Source: Chiloscyllium plagiosum (Eukaryota). From it: a stretch of DNA of 37,142 nucleotides. How positions within the stretch are numbered: position 1 is the first letter of the stretch; each line of letters starts with the position of its first letter. Below are positions 12,415 through 22,464 of the stretch, piece by piece. The notes beneath the pieces were generated by a model that was not told where the DNA came from, searched no databases, and saw only the letters and a list, made by a program, of their open reading frames with translations. The position numbers and the translations under genes are program-made. The stretch covers positions 12,528,954 to 12,566,095 of the forward strand of contig NC_057755.1 of assembly GCF_004010195.1 (NCBI RefSeq), written 5' to 3'.

Positions 12415-12820
12415 GAAAAGGAAATTGTTGAACTACCAAGGCATGACTACAGGATTCCCTCAGTAGCCCTAGCCCTATCTTCACCTGCTTCATCAATGAC
12501 CTTCCTTCCATCATCAGATTTGAAGTCATAGAGTCATAGAATCTGACAGCATGTTCTCGGTTTATTTCTCAAAGCTTAATACCATTTGAAACTCCTGTGA
12601 TATTGGAGCAATCCATGTCCAAATGCAAACAATCCTGGACAACATCAGGCCTTGGGCTGATAAGTGACAAGTGACATTTGTAATACACAAGTACCATTTT
12701 AAACTAGACAAAATCTAACCGTTGCCCGTTGACATTCATTCAAATACCATAGCTGAATCGCCCACTTCTGGCTTTTGAGGGTTGGCATTGACCAGAAACT
12801 GAACAGAACTAGCCATGTAA

Positions 12821-13016
12821 CAGCACAGTCGAGAGTGTAGTGCTGGAAAAACACAGTAGGTCAGGCAGCATCCGAGGAGCAGGAGAGTCGACGTTTCGGG
12901 CAAATGCCCTCCTGAAACATCGACTCTCCTGCTCCTCGGATACTGCCTGACCTGCTGCGCTTTTCCAGCACTACACTCTTGACTCTAATCTACAGCATCT
13001 GCAGTGCTCACTTTCA
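12821..13016. mobile_element. Palindromic PLE-terminus element (family A)
   Basis: Inverted arms 12827-12900 and 12911-12984, followed by the tail cagcatctgcagtgctcactttc. Confidence 0.85.
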
Positions 13017-13024
13017 CCCACATA

Positions 13025-13972
13025 AGGAGAAAGTGAGGACTGCAGATGCTGAAGACCATAGTGGAAGTGGCTGCAGCGACAGCAGCTCCGGGGGTGGAAC
13101 TGGCGCGCCGGGCAGAAGCGGCGCTGGTCCTGGCGGCCGTGTATCTGTCGCGATGATCTTCCTGGCGATCGTGGTGGCTGTTGTCCGTGCGGCGGTGGGG
13201 GCGGAAGTGACGTCACTGTTCGCCATGGCGGTGGTGGCTGCAGCGGCCGCGTGGGCAATGGCGGTTCTGGAGGTCGCGAGAAGGTTCAGGAACGGTCGAG
13301 GAATCCGGAGTGTGGGGGTGAGTGCATGAAAGTTTTTTGTACTTACTTTCTTTGATGTTCAATATGGCTAGGAAAAACGTTTGTTCAGTGTATGAATTCT
13401 TCTGAGGATGAAGAACAGCAAAAGTCCTTTGCAGGTCTTGGAGAGTGTTGTCCTGAGCTGGGGCAGGGCTGACTGCAGGGAGTGTAGGTAGCGGTGCAAG
13501 GCCGCGAGCGTGGAATAGAGGATCCGGAGGGAGGTCTGTTCCTGGAGGCTTCGGATTTGTTGCAGGTACCGGTTGTCCTGGTTGGGTCCAAATTGTGTTG
13601 GTCTGAACGTAGTCCGGAGTCCATGCGGGGTCAGTCAGTTCCGTAGGCAGGTGCTGAGGAAGGAGATGTGGCTGTGGTAGCGAGTCTGTTTCAGGACGTG
13701 GCTGAAGAGCTTCAGGGCAGAGGAGATGAACTGGGGGGGGTGCAGTGAGAGAGAGAGGAACTCACTGAGATCCTTGTAGAGGGAGGAGGAGAGCTTCTTC
13801 AAGGTAGGCATCCTTGCAAGAGGATTCACAGTAGGTTAAGATCAACTAGGAGAAAGTGAGGACTACAGATGCTGGAGATAGTTTCCTGAAGAAGGGCTTA
13901 TGCCCGAAACGTCGATTCTCCTGCTCCTCAGATGCTGCCTGGCCTGCTGTGTTTTTCCAGCACCACATTTTT
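13025..13972 (-). mobile_element. Penelope-like element 5' portion (ORF N-terminus) with an inverted terminal repeat
   Basis: Minus frame MPTLKKL...KQTRYHSHISFLSTCLRN*LTPHGLRTTF matches the PLE N-terminal H..FL..C...P.GL motif; ~32 bp tail present twice (13025-13056, 13848-13879); plus-strand hammerhead repeat at 13881-13972. Confidence 0.85.
13886..13913 (+). ncRNA. Minimal type I hammerhead ribozyme motif (core intact)
   Basis: CTGAAGA-A-GGGC ttat GCCC-GAAA-C-GTC; stem I is weak in this copy. Confidence 0.75.
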
Positions 13973-14014
13973 CACCCACATAAGAGCACATCAGAGATTA
14001 GGAATCTCTGAATT

Positions 14015-14945
14015 ATTTAGGGATTTTGCTGGGTAGCCCAGCAGACAGGACATATCTTGGAAATGTTCCATTTTGTTGGATAGAGGCCAGTACTGGAACA
14101 GCTTGGCTGGGGCATTGCTGTTTTCAGGAGGATATGTCTTTAGTGCTGTTGCCGAATATTGTTCAGACCCACAGCCTTTGCAGAATCCTGTGTCTTCAGC
14201 TCTTTCTTGACATCATCAGGGAGTGAATTTGATTTTCCAGAAGACTAATATCTATGATGCTCTAGACCTTGAGAAATGACCATACACAGAGAACTTCTGG
14301 CTGAAGGTAAATAACAAGTGCTTTAGTCTTGTCTTTTGAAATCATATTCTAAGTTACACCACTATTATGGATGAGTGTATTTGTGTTGTCTCCTCTTGGA
14401 TGCATATCAATCATCATTTACGACTGAATGTGGAAAGACTGCAGAGCTTTGATGTGATTTAGCATGCTCATTGTCCTATGTTATAGTCTACAAGGGGCAC
14501 CAAATTTCTAGTTATGCCTTATGCTGCACTTGACAGATTCCTCATTGAACCCTGGTCCCTAGCTTAATATGGAATGGAGGATCTGCCTATCCTGAGGTTA
14601 CAAGTTGTGGTAGAATGCAATTCTTCTGCAAGAATAGTGTGACACTGATTTGAGTTCACAATCCATTGTAGAAGTTTGAGAATATGATTTAATATCTAAA
14701 AGTAAGAAACCACAAAGCTGTTGAGTAAAATTCCAACTGGTACTATTGGAAATCCACTGGTCTTGCCTCATATATGTGGTTAATGGCCCTGTGAAATTTA
14801 ACAAGTCAACTGCTTAGTTATATCAAAGCATTGTAAGTCTTTAAGTGCACAGATACAGCAGTTCAAAAAGGCAACCCACCACTACTTGCTACAAAGCAAG
14901 TAAACTGAACAGTAAATCTAGCTTTATTATATCCTGAGAACTGAA
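14015..14945. mobile_element. Degraded CR1/L2-group LINE fragments (minus strand, then a plus-strand 3' tail at ~14850-14945)
   Basis: Tail cagcagttcaaaaaggcaacccaccactacttg matches the reverse complement of 8300-8345. Confidence 0.55.
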
Positions 14946-14956
14946 AAAGTTCCTGT

Positions 14957-15350
14957 CAGATGGCAGCCAAATAGGACACTCCAGCCAGAGCTCGTCTGCT
15001 CCACAGTTTCTTTGTTCCTTCCTCTTTTACTCTCTTCTCTCTTTCCTCTCAGCCTCAGACATCGGGCCCCAGCTTCCAGAGTGGGGATGCCAGCAAACAG
15101 CAGCCCAGTGGAGATTGTCACGGCAGACCACAGTCAGACCACATGGAGGCCCCCTGCGCTGGTCTGCGGACAGCCCTTGGAGAGACACTGTGATCTTTGT
15201 GTTTTACGTATGTTTCTTGTTTTCTGACCTGGTGGTACTGTATATAGCTGTAATGTAACTTCAATTCTATATTCTGTAACTAAGGAATTTACCAAGATAC
15301 TCTGTACCTAAGGAGGCATCATGTGTTGGTGGCATTGTTACACTGTGACT
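14957..15350 (+). mobile_element. Non-autonomous element with an AGATGGC head and a Rex1/Babar-like 3' region (truncated)
   Basis: Head cagatggcagcc..tagg..gagctcgt plus a pyrimidine tract is shared with 27682; tgtacctaagg..g motif is shared with 18920-19018. Confidence 0.5.
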
Positions 15351-15386
15351 AATTGTTTTTTGCTTCAAAAATGTACTTTATTCATA

Positions 15387-15604
15387 CAGTCGGTTCTGAT
15401 ATATTGTGATAGTTCCATTCTCGTGTGATTTCGCTTTAATAAGAAAATCATGTGATAGCCGTGTCATTTAAACTAATGAGGACAGAATTGTTTTATAGTC
15501 AATACAGGTAAGGAAAGTTTGTATTATACAAATAACAATCTAAATTGCTCAATCATGTTAAAGCCAATTCATGTTGAAGGAACACGTTATAACAGAACCA
15601 ATTG
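15387..15604. mobile_element. Tc1/mariner-superfamily (Tigger/pogo-like) MITE
   Basis: TA flanks at 15385-15386 and 15605-15606; TIRs CAGTCGGTTCTGATATA vs reverse-complement CAATTGGTTCTGTTATA (14/17 match). Confidence 0.75.
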
Positions 15605-15642
15605 TAGTCCCAAATGCAGTTCAGTTCTGTACAGTACCTAGT

Positions 15643-16254
15643 GGGTGGCATGGTGGTTAGCACTGCTGCCTCACAGCGCCAGAGACCCGGGTTCAATTCC
15701 CGCCTCAGGTGACTCTCTGTGTGGAGTTTGCTCATTTTCCCTGTGTCTGCGTGGGTTTCCTCCCACAATCCAAACATTTTTTTTAGAATTACTTACAGTG
15801 TACCTAAGGTCCTTCGGCCCAACAAGACCACACCGACCCACCGAAGCACAACCCACCCATTCCCCTACATTTACCCCTTACCTAACACTACGGGCAATTT
15901 AGCATGGCCAATTCACCTAACCTGCACATTTTGTTTGGACTGTGGGAGGAAACTGGAGCACCCGGAGGAAACCCACGCAGACACGGGGAGAACGTGCAAA
16001 CTCTACACAGTCAGTCGCCTAAGGCGGGAATTGAACCCGAGTCTCTGGCACTGTGAGGCAGCAGTGCTAACCACAGTGCCACGTGCCGCCCAAAAATGCG
16101 CAGGTTAGGTGGATTGGCCACATTAAATTGCCCATAGTGTTAGGTGAAGGGGGAAATGTGGGGAATGGGTCTGGGTGGGTTGCGCTTCGGAGGGTCAGTG
16201 TGGACTTGTTGGGCCGAAGGGCCTGTTTCCACACTGTAAGTAATCTAATCTAAT
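15643..16254 (+). mobile_element. HE1-type SINE split by an antisense HE1 copy
   Basis: Head 15643-15777, resumes at 16092, ends in taatctaatctaat. Confidence 0.9.
15783..16091 (-). mobile_element. HE1-type SINE (full length, nested)
   Basis: Reverse complement begins gggcggcacgtggcactgtggttagc; B box gggttcaattcc; tail cactgtaagtaattct. Confidence 0.92.
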
Positions 16255-18917
16255 ATCGAGGAAACAAACATTGGAGTTTGACTCTATCCAAATAACCAAA
16301 GAGCTCTGTTACACATACAAGATTATGTTTATGTGCATTTGAGGTACTAAGAGGGTCCGATAATCGAACAGACCCCCAATTAACTCCAGTGGGAGTGGTC
16401 TTTCCCCACTGCACCTTGGTGGCAGCTGCCCCAAGCCTTAGTCCTGGATCTTGGAATGCGCCAGTCTGCAACACTCAGGGTCAACTCCTTATTCTGGAAG
16501 ACCAACACGTTTTTGGGCAGACCAAAGAGTGTCTTTCACTGAGTTGATGGTCCTCCAAGCACAGTTGATGTTTGTCATGGTGCGTGTCCAGGGGAACAAA
16601 CTATAGAGCACAGATTCCTGCGTCACAGAGCTGCTCAGGACAAATCTCGTCACAAACCAATGCATCTTCTTCCAAACTTTCTTTGCAAAGGCATATTCCA
16701 GAAGGAGATGTGTAACAGTCTCAACCCCCTCCCTCAGCTTCTTCGAGGTGGCATACATAAAGGATGTTATAATGTCTTAGGTGGTGTCCTTTTCACCATG
16801 AGCTGAGTGATGTGCTTGTTAGAAAGTTCTGGCAATGGGGCATTCTGCCAAATGACTTTGACAGTCTGCTCAGAGATGCTGCGTGCTGACCACTTCCTGA
16901 TGGACTTGTTTTTCTTTGCAAATTTCTTGACGAAGAAAGTCTGATATGGAGCAGTGTTACATGCTTGTAGTGTTCCGTGGCAGTGAGGTCAGTCCCATCC
17001 TTCACACCAACAGGAACAGGTAGAACTTCAGTGCATTGTGACACTTGGAGTTTGCGTACCCAGGTCTAAGCACAGCTTGATGTAGCTGCACAGAAAGGTG
17101 GCCATCAGGATGAGGCAAACATTAGGTACGTTCTCCTTCCTGCTTTCCCCCCAACTCCCCTACTTATCCAGAGTTTTGTACATGGAGATCTTGCAGACCC
17201 AGTCTATCTTTGGTTTCCAGATGAAATGGAAGATGGTTCGGGTGACAAAAACAGCACAGGTTTAGGGAATAGGCCAGACCTGTGCCATGTACAACAACAG
17301 AAAGTGCCTCACACCTAATGATCAGTTTTTTACCCACAATGGAGAGGGAGCAGTGCTCCCAAATGACCAGTGTCTGCTTCACAGTGAAGGGAATGAAGGA
17401 TCGGACGGCCCAATTCCCGAAGAACGTGGTCTATCTCTTGCCTCGATTTACCTTGGCTCCCAAGGCCAGTTCAAACTGGTCACAGATGTTCATGAGTGTT
17501 TGGGCTGACAGTGGATCTGAACAAAAAACAGTAACATCATCCATGGACATGCCTGGAATAGTCACTGCTCTCAGGCTCAGATCCTTCCTGATGGTCTCAA
17601 CAAAGGGCTCTCTACAACATACAATGAAGGGAGGAGATAGTGAGCAGCCATGCCTGACTCCATATCTGATTGGGAAGCTTTCTGATTCCCACCCATTGAT
17701 TGAGACAGCTCTAACAATGTTGATGTAGAGCAGTCAGATCCAATTGTATGTTCCCTCCACAAAGCCCATTTTGAAGAGCACATACCACAATGTTCATGTG
17801 CGATATCCTGGCAAAAGCCTCTCTGGTCCAGGCTGATGAGTCAGGTGTCCACTCCCCTCTCATGCACAAAGACAACTGTATCCCTGAGAAGCGTAAGGCT
17901 GTCAGACATTGTCCTGCTGGGTACAGCACAGGTTTGGTCAGGGCTAGATTACCAATCCCAGAGAGACCTGACCCGGTTGGTGGTGACCTTAGACAGGGTT
18001 TTGTAGTCTGCATTCAGCAATGAATTTGGCTACTAATGTCTAATTCCCTCCCCCTCCTCCTTCTGCTTGTAAATGAGAGAGATGAATCATCATAGATTCG
18101 CACATGGCATACTGTCATGCACTTCCAGCAAGTCCTGGGCAATCAGGTCCTACATAATTGAATACAACTTGGTCGGTAGCCATCGCATCCAGTAGTTTTA
18201 CTCTTTTTGAAGGACTCGAGGGCCTTGGTCAGCTCATCCAGAGATAATGAATGGTTCAGCCTCTCCCGTCAACTAAGACCTCTGTGACAGATGACAGGAA
18301 CAACTGGGAGGCCATTCAGTCTGCAGGCTTTGTGTCATGCAGTCTCGCATAAAAGGATTTGCTGATCTTCAGTATTCAGACTGAGATGATGTTACCGAGC
18401 CATCTCCTTTTCGGCTGCTGAGCAAAGTGTTTTCTCCTTGTGCACCTTCTGGAAAAAATACGCGAGCACGCCTCGTCTTGCTCCACAGTGTGGACACTGG
18501 GCTGGAAGATTATCTTGGAGGCCTCGGGGGCAAAGACTAAGGCTTGCTGGCTTTTCATCATCTGGAGATCCTCCATGACATCATTTGCAGCAAGAATATG
18601 TTCTGCGTGCTTTTCTGGAGTTTAGATAGTTTTGTTGTCTCTCTCTGGCCTTCTGAACATCTTTGATGCTGAAGAACCTCTTGATCATCCCCTTGACTGT
18701 TTCCCACGAAAGTGGTGGAGACTCAAAGAGGGGTTTCATGGTTTTCCAACCTGTTTAATCACTTTTGAGCTCCTCGATATTTTCTGAGGTTAAACAATTT
18801 CTCATTCACCTTCCACATTCACTTGCCAGCATGCTGGATATTCTGTATGTGGCAGTCAGCCAACAGTTTCCTTTAGGTCAGAGAAGAACACCAACTCTTC
18901 GAGGGCAGCATGCAGTG

Positions 18918-19018
18918 AAGCTGTACCTAGGTACCTTTGTGCTTAAGATGGTGTTATACTTTTCATTGTATTAATTTGAGTATATGACAATAAACCTAAT
19001 TCAATTCAATTCATTCAA
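18918..19018 (+). mobile_element. 3' tail fragment of a Rex1/Babar-tailed element
   Basis: ttttcattgta...tatgacaataaacct(aattc)n matches the Rex1 tail at 33672-33730 (reverse complement). Confidence 0.6.
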
Positions 19019-19394
19019 ATATAAAGGAAATAAATTGCTGAACTGCAGATATGAAAGCAGTGCTCTGATTCAGACTGTGCAAGAACCAATTGATATACAG
19101 CCAAATTTGGAATTAAGGCAATGCAGTTATCAGGCACCCTCTAGATTTGACAAGTAAGCTTCATCTGGAGAAACAAGTTTGTGCTCCAGCCAGTCACTTC
19201 AGGACCATGGCCAAAACAGTTGCTGAAGTGCGAGTGTAAACTGGGTGATAATTAACCTAACACTGTCCTCAGAATCAACCCAAATATCCCCCAACCTTTA
19301 AGTCACTTAGTGAGAAACCATGAGCATGCAGGCTTTGTTCTGCATTGGCACCAGCTGGGTGAGGTAGCTCTAACTTTTTGAGGGGGTTAGGTGA

Positions 19395-19793
19395 ATGCAA
19401 TGGGGAAAGACCACCATCCAAGGTCTTTCTACCAAAGTTAAATGGGAGTCAGTTCAGTTATCAGACCCTCCCAGTGCCTAAAATATATACAATATATTCA
19501 GTTAGCAGACCCTCCCAGTGCCTAAAATATATGCAATGTATTCAGTTAGCAGACCCTCCCAGTGCCTAAAATGAATGCAATGTATTCAGTTAGCAGACCC
19601 TCCCAGTGCCTATATTCTTGTACAAGTAACAAATGCTTTGGGTTTGTTTGCCAGAAAGTCAGACTTCAGTGTTTGTTTATTGTTTATTGTTTATTGTTTC
19701 TTATGCCATAGCACAAAACCAAACTGCTTTTGTGACTATATATGTTTGTATATAAAGATATTTTTATAAATAAAGTATATTTTTGAAATAAAA
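19395..19793 (+). mobile_element. Tx1-like LINE 3' end
   Basis: QWGKTT C-terminus at 19398; 3' UTR homologous to the reverse complement of 16290-16380; ends ataaataaagtatatttttgaaataaaa. Confidence 0.8.
19453..19612 (+). repeat. 44-bp minisatellite, ~3.6 copies
   Basis: Unit ttcagttagcagaccctcccagtgcctaaaatatatgcaatgta starts at 19453, 19497, 19541 and 19585. Confidence 0.97.
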
Positions 19794-19945
19794 GGAAGTG
19801 TGACATTCGAGGTACATTTGCTAGTTAACAACTAAAGAGTAGTCAGAACAGCTTTACATTTTGCTTCAGTGAAGCTGAGTAGAGTGTGAACTCTTATTGT
19901 TACTCATGGTACATTCCTATAGTAAAAATAGGTCATGTTTGTAAT

Positions 19946-19959
19946 GTTGCCTTGGCAAC
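19946..19959. promoter_or_regulatory. RFX X-box motif
   Basis: GTTGCCTTGGCAAC has perfect 6-bp inverted half-sites and is one base from the GTTGCCATGGCAAC consensus; lies in apparently unique DNA. Confidence 0.5.
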
Positions 19960-19985
19960 CTATCTGAATTCAAAAGCTTTCTTAC

Positions 19986-20085
19986 CTAATGCTATGAAGT
20001 GCAAATGTGGGAAATTTATTTGTTCACCTCCATTCATGCATTTCTGACAGAGCTGCGAGAAAGACAACCCTTTATTGCAGTAGTC
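19986..20085 (-). CDS. Candidate internal exon of an unidentified host gene (100 nt, DYCNKGLSFSQLCQKCMNGGEQINFPHLHFIAL)
   Basis: tgtccttttacAG acceptor, TAG|GTaaga donor, only one of three frames open, non-repetitive context. Confidence 0.4.
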
Positions 20086-20804
20086 CTGTAAAAGGACATA
20101 CCTACTTTCTTATTGTTATAATCTTCAATTGTTGACTGCAAGGACGTACATTTTTGCCTGTGCGTTGTGTCTTTAACTCTGGGCAGGGCCCTGAAACCAC
20201 ACTCTTAATTTGCTGAGGTCAGCCTTGCATTCTTTGGACATTTGTGATATCATGTGTTTTTCTACCATTGGCATCACGACATAATCAGCTTATGCAGGCT
20301 GATATTTATATTGCACTTTCAATGTAGTTAAATGTCCCAGTGTTCTTCACAGGAGTGTTGTAGAGACAGATAACTTTTAAAATGAAATTCAAATATCTAA
20401 CTTTTAGCTGAGCGGATGACATAATAAGATTTTTAACTGTAACAAACTAGAAACATCAATGATTAAGCAATATTTTATAAAGCAATATATGCTCTAAACT
20501 GATGTATAGAACTTATACTTTTTTCACAACTGGAAATTTCACTCCTTGCATGTATTTAACACTGCCCCATTGTTAGACATTAATTTTCCCCAAACCAATC
20601 CAAAATGATCCTTAATTTGTAAAGGTTCACTTTCATTCGTTTCTTTCCTAGCCTTCTAACTTTGTTTATTTGTAGGGAGCACCATGTGACTTGGTGACTG
20701 GAGAAGAGCGAAGTTTTGTGGATTCAGTCAACTCACGTTGCTTATACTACTGCAATGTGCATTTTAATAATGCCACACATGTGCACACCTCTTCCTGCTC
20801 TTGC

Positions 20805-21035
20805 TGTTATTTGCATTTGTATAATGCCTTTTGTAACATTAATGTCCCAGATCATATTACAGCCAATGAAGCACTTTTGAAATCTTGTACAGCCGCCACT
20901 TTGCATACAGCAAGATCGCACTAATAGCAATGTGATGGTAACCAGAAAATCTGTTTTAGAACTGGATATAGAGAGTCAATGTAGACAGGATATCTGAGAG
21001 TATTCATATATTCTGCTTCAACATTTCCTCAGTAC
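20805..21035 (-). mobile_element. DeuSINE (SacSINE1-like) relic
   Basis: acagccaatgaagcacttttgaa...tttgcatacagcaagatcgcac...agcaatgtgat..accaga.aatctgtttt resembles the reverse complement of the Deu-domain/3' region as I recall it. Confidence 0.6.
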
Positions 21036-21165
21036 ATTTAAAAGACATTTGGACAGGTACATAACGAGGAAAAGTTTAGTTTGGGACTAGTTTAGTTTGG
21101 GAAACTGGGTTGGCATGGACGAGTTGCACTGCAGGATCTATTTCCGTGGCACATGACCTTATGTT
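21034..21165 (+). mobile_element. CR1 3'-end fragment
   Basis: acatttaaaagacatttggacaggtacat (TFKRHLDRY) followed by a 3' UTR. Confidence 0.8.
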
Positions 21166-21354
21166 TTATATGTTTTAACTTCAGATGTTTTACGCACAAT
21201 AAAGATTTTTGTGGACATTCTCAATAGTTCGCAATATGGTAAGGCCTTGCACGTTTTTTTCCCTTTTGAACTATAAACTGAAAAATGGAAGTTGAATATT
21301 TTTAATTAGCTAAAATGTACCAGGAGAGTCTTTTTCTGCAATTTCAAAAACAAG

Positions 21355-22060
21355 TGTGATTGTGTGGTGTACACTGGCTATACAAATAAGTGTTAATGAG
21401 CTGGATATTTTTTGAGACAGTGTGGTGCCAGGAATATTTGAGTTAAGGAAATAAAACTGCCTAATAACAGCCTTCAGTTAGTCCAGCTTTAATTGCAGAC
21501 TTGTGAGTGAACAACATTGAGATACATCGAAAAGCCTTCAAGCAAGAAGCATCTCATTATTTCTTTCTGTGAGTAGGAAAAAAAATAGAGATACTAAAGA
21601 AAGAATTTTAATATAACAAAAGATCATGCCGATTGGATTGATTATTCATCATTGTTCTGCAGCCAACATTCTCTTTGAAAAAAACAAAAAGAACTGTGAG
21701 AATCAACTGAACCCAACTTTGTGGTCTGGAGCTCAATCTACAAAAGTTGTTTCCCAGTCTGTTTTATTCCACTCATAACTTTTGTGTCAAACACTCTACT
21801 TGGTCTATATGTTTAGGTTTTAAGAGTCCAGATTAAGTCACTTAGTAGTAAATTATAATCCATTTTGTTTGCCATATGTTAAAGAGTAAGTTTGTTTACA
21901 ATAGAGTTATTTTCTTGTTAATGACTAACCTAGAGTTAAATGCTTTTGACCTGAATAGCAGTCAGTAAGGTAAATTGTTAGTTTAATTGGGTGTTTGCAC
22001 ATTTTTGATAGCCTGTGGAATAATGGGCTTGATTACACACTTCCCAAACGAATTGTGACA
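21355..22060 (+). mobile_element. Possible solo LTR
   Basis: TG...CA termini (tgtgat...gtgaca) around ~700 bp of non-coding DNA; no clean TSD and orientation uncertain. Confidence 0.3.
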
Positions 22061-22464
22061 CTGGGTGGATCTTCCTGGCCCATTAAAATCCACATGAATT
22101 TGGTCTTTTCAGTCCAAGCTTCCACCTTCATTCTTTCTAAACTATGAAGAGTTGTGGCCTCTAATTGCTCTCTCTCTCTTTTAAACAGCTTTTGGCAGAC
22201 TGTCCTGTCTGTAAACTTCAGAGATATCTTTTAGGAGAATCTTGTAACTGGTCCTACAATGACTTCCAATATACCTGCGCTCAAATGCTATCTTCATTGA
22301 ATCCAGATACACATGCTGTTTAGCTATTCTTTAGACTCTCAACTCTCTTGAAATTAAACAGAGAGGTGAAATATAATCATTTACAAACCTTGCTTTTGAG
22401 GCAAGCTGGCTCCACCTCATTGGAAGGGACCCCAAATTGAGCAATGTTGCTGCGTATTTGTTAA

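Larger units (their letters stand above)
11789..14010 (+). mobile_element. CR1/L2-group LINE RT fragment, interrupted by an HE1 SINE (12097-12414) and a PLE complex (12821-13980)
   Basis: SYHSINLLLIISKVMEEVIN, LLTDAQFGFHQ, IFTCFINDLPSII and LDNIRPWADK relics; resumes at ataagagcacatcagagattaggaat. Confidence 0.8.
15356..18802 (-). mobile_element. Tx1-like (L1 group) LINE, ORF2 pseudogene and 3' UTR, interrupted by a MITE and nested SINEs
   Basis: WETVKGMIKRFF, GVRHGCSLSPPF, MDDVTVF, FELALGAKVNRGK, ETVTHLLLEYAFAKKVW, WRTINSVKDTLWSA and QWGKTT; 3' end atgaataaagtacatttttgaagcaaaaa. Confidence 0.9.

Noticed and set aside
12979..13329. 116-aa ORF resembling a membrane protein
   Set aside because: It is the antisense reading of the low-complexity, GC-rich linker of the PLE ORF and crosses element junctions.
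13060..13330. CpG-island promoter
   Set aside because: The CpG richness lies wholly inside a young PLE copy.
19453..19612. CRISPR-like array (constant 28 bp plus 16 bp spacers)
   Set aside because: The spacers are near-identical to each other, no cas genes are present, the context is eukaryotic, and the unit derives from a Tx1 3' UTR.
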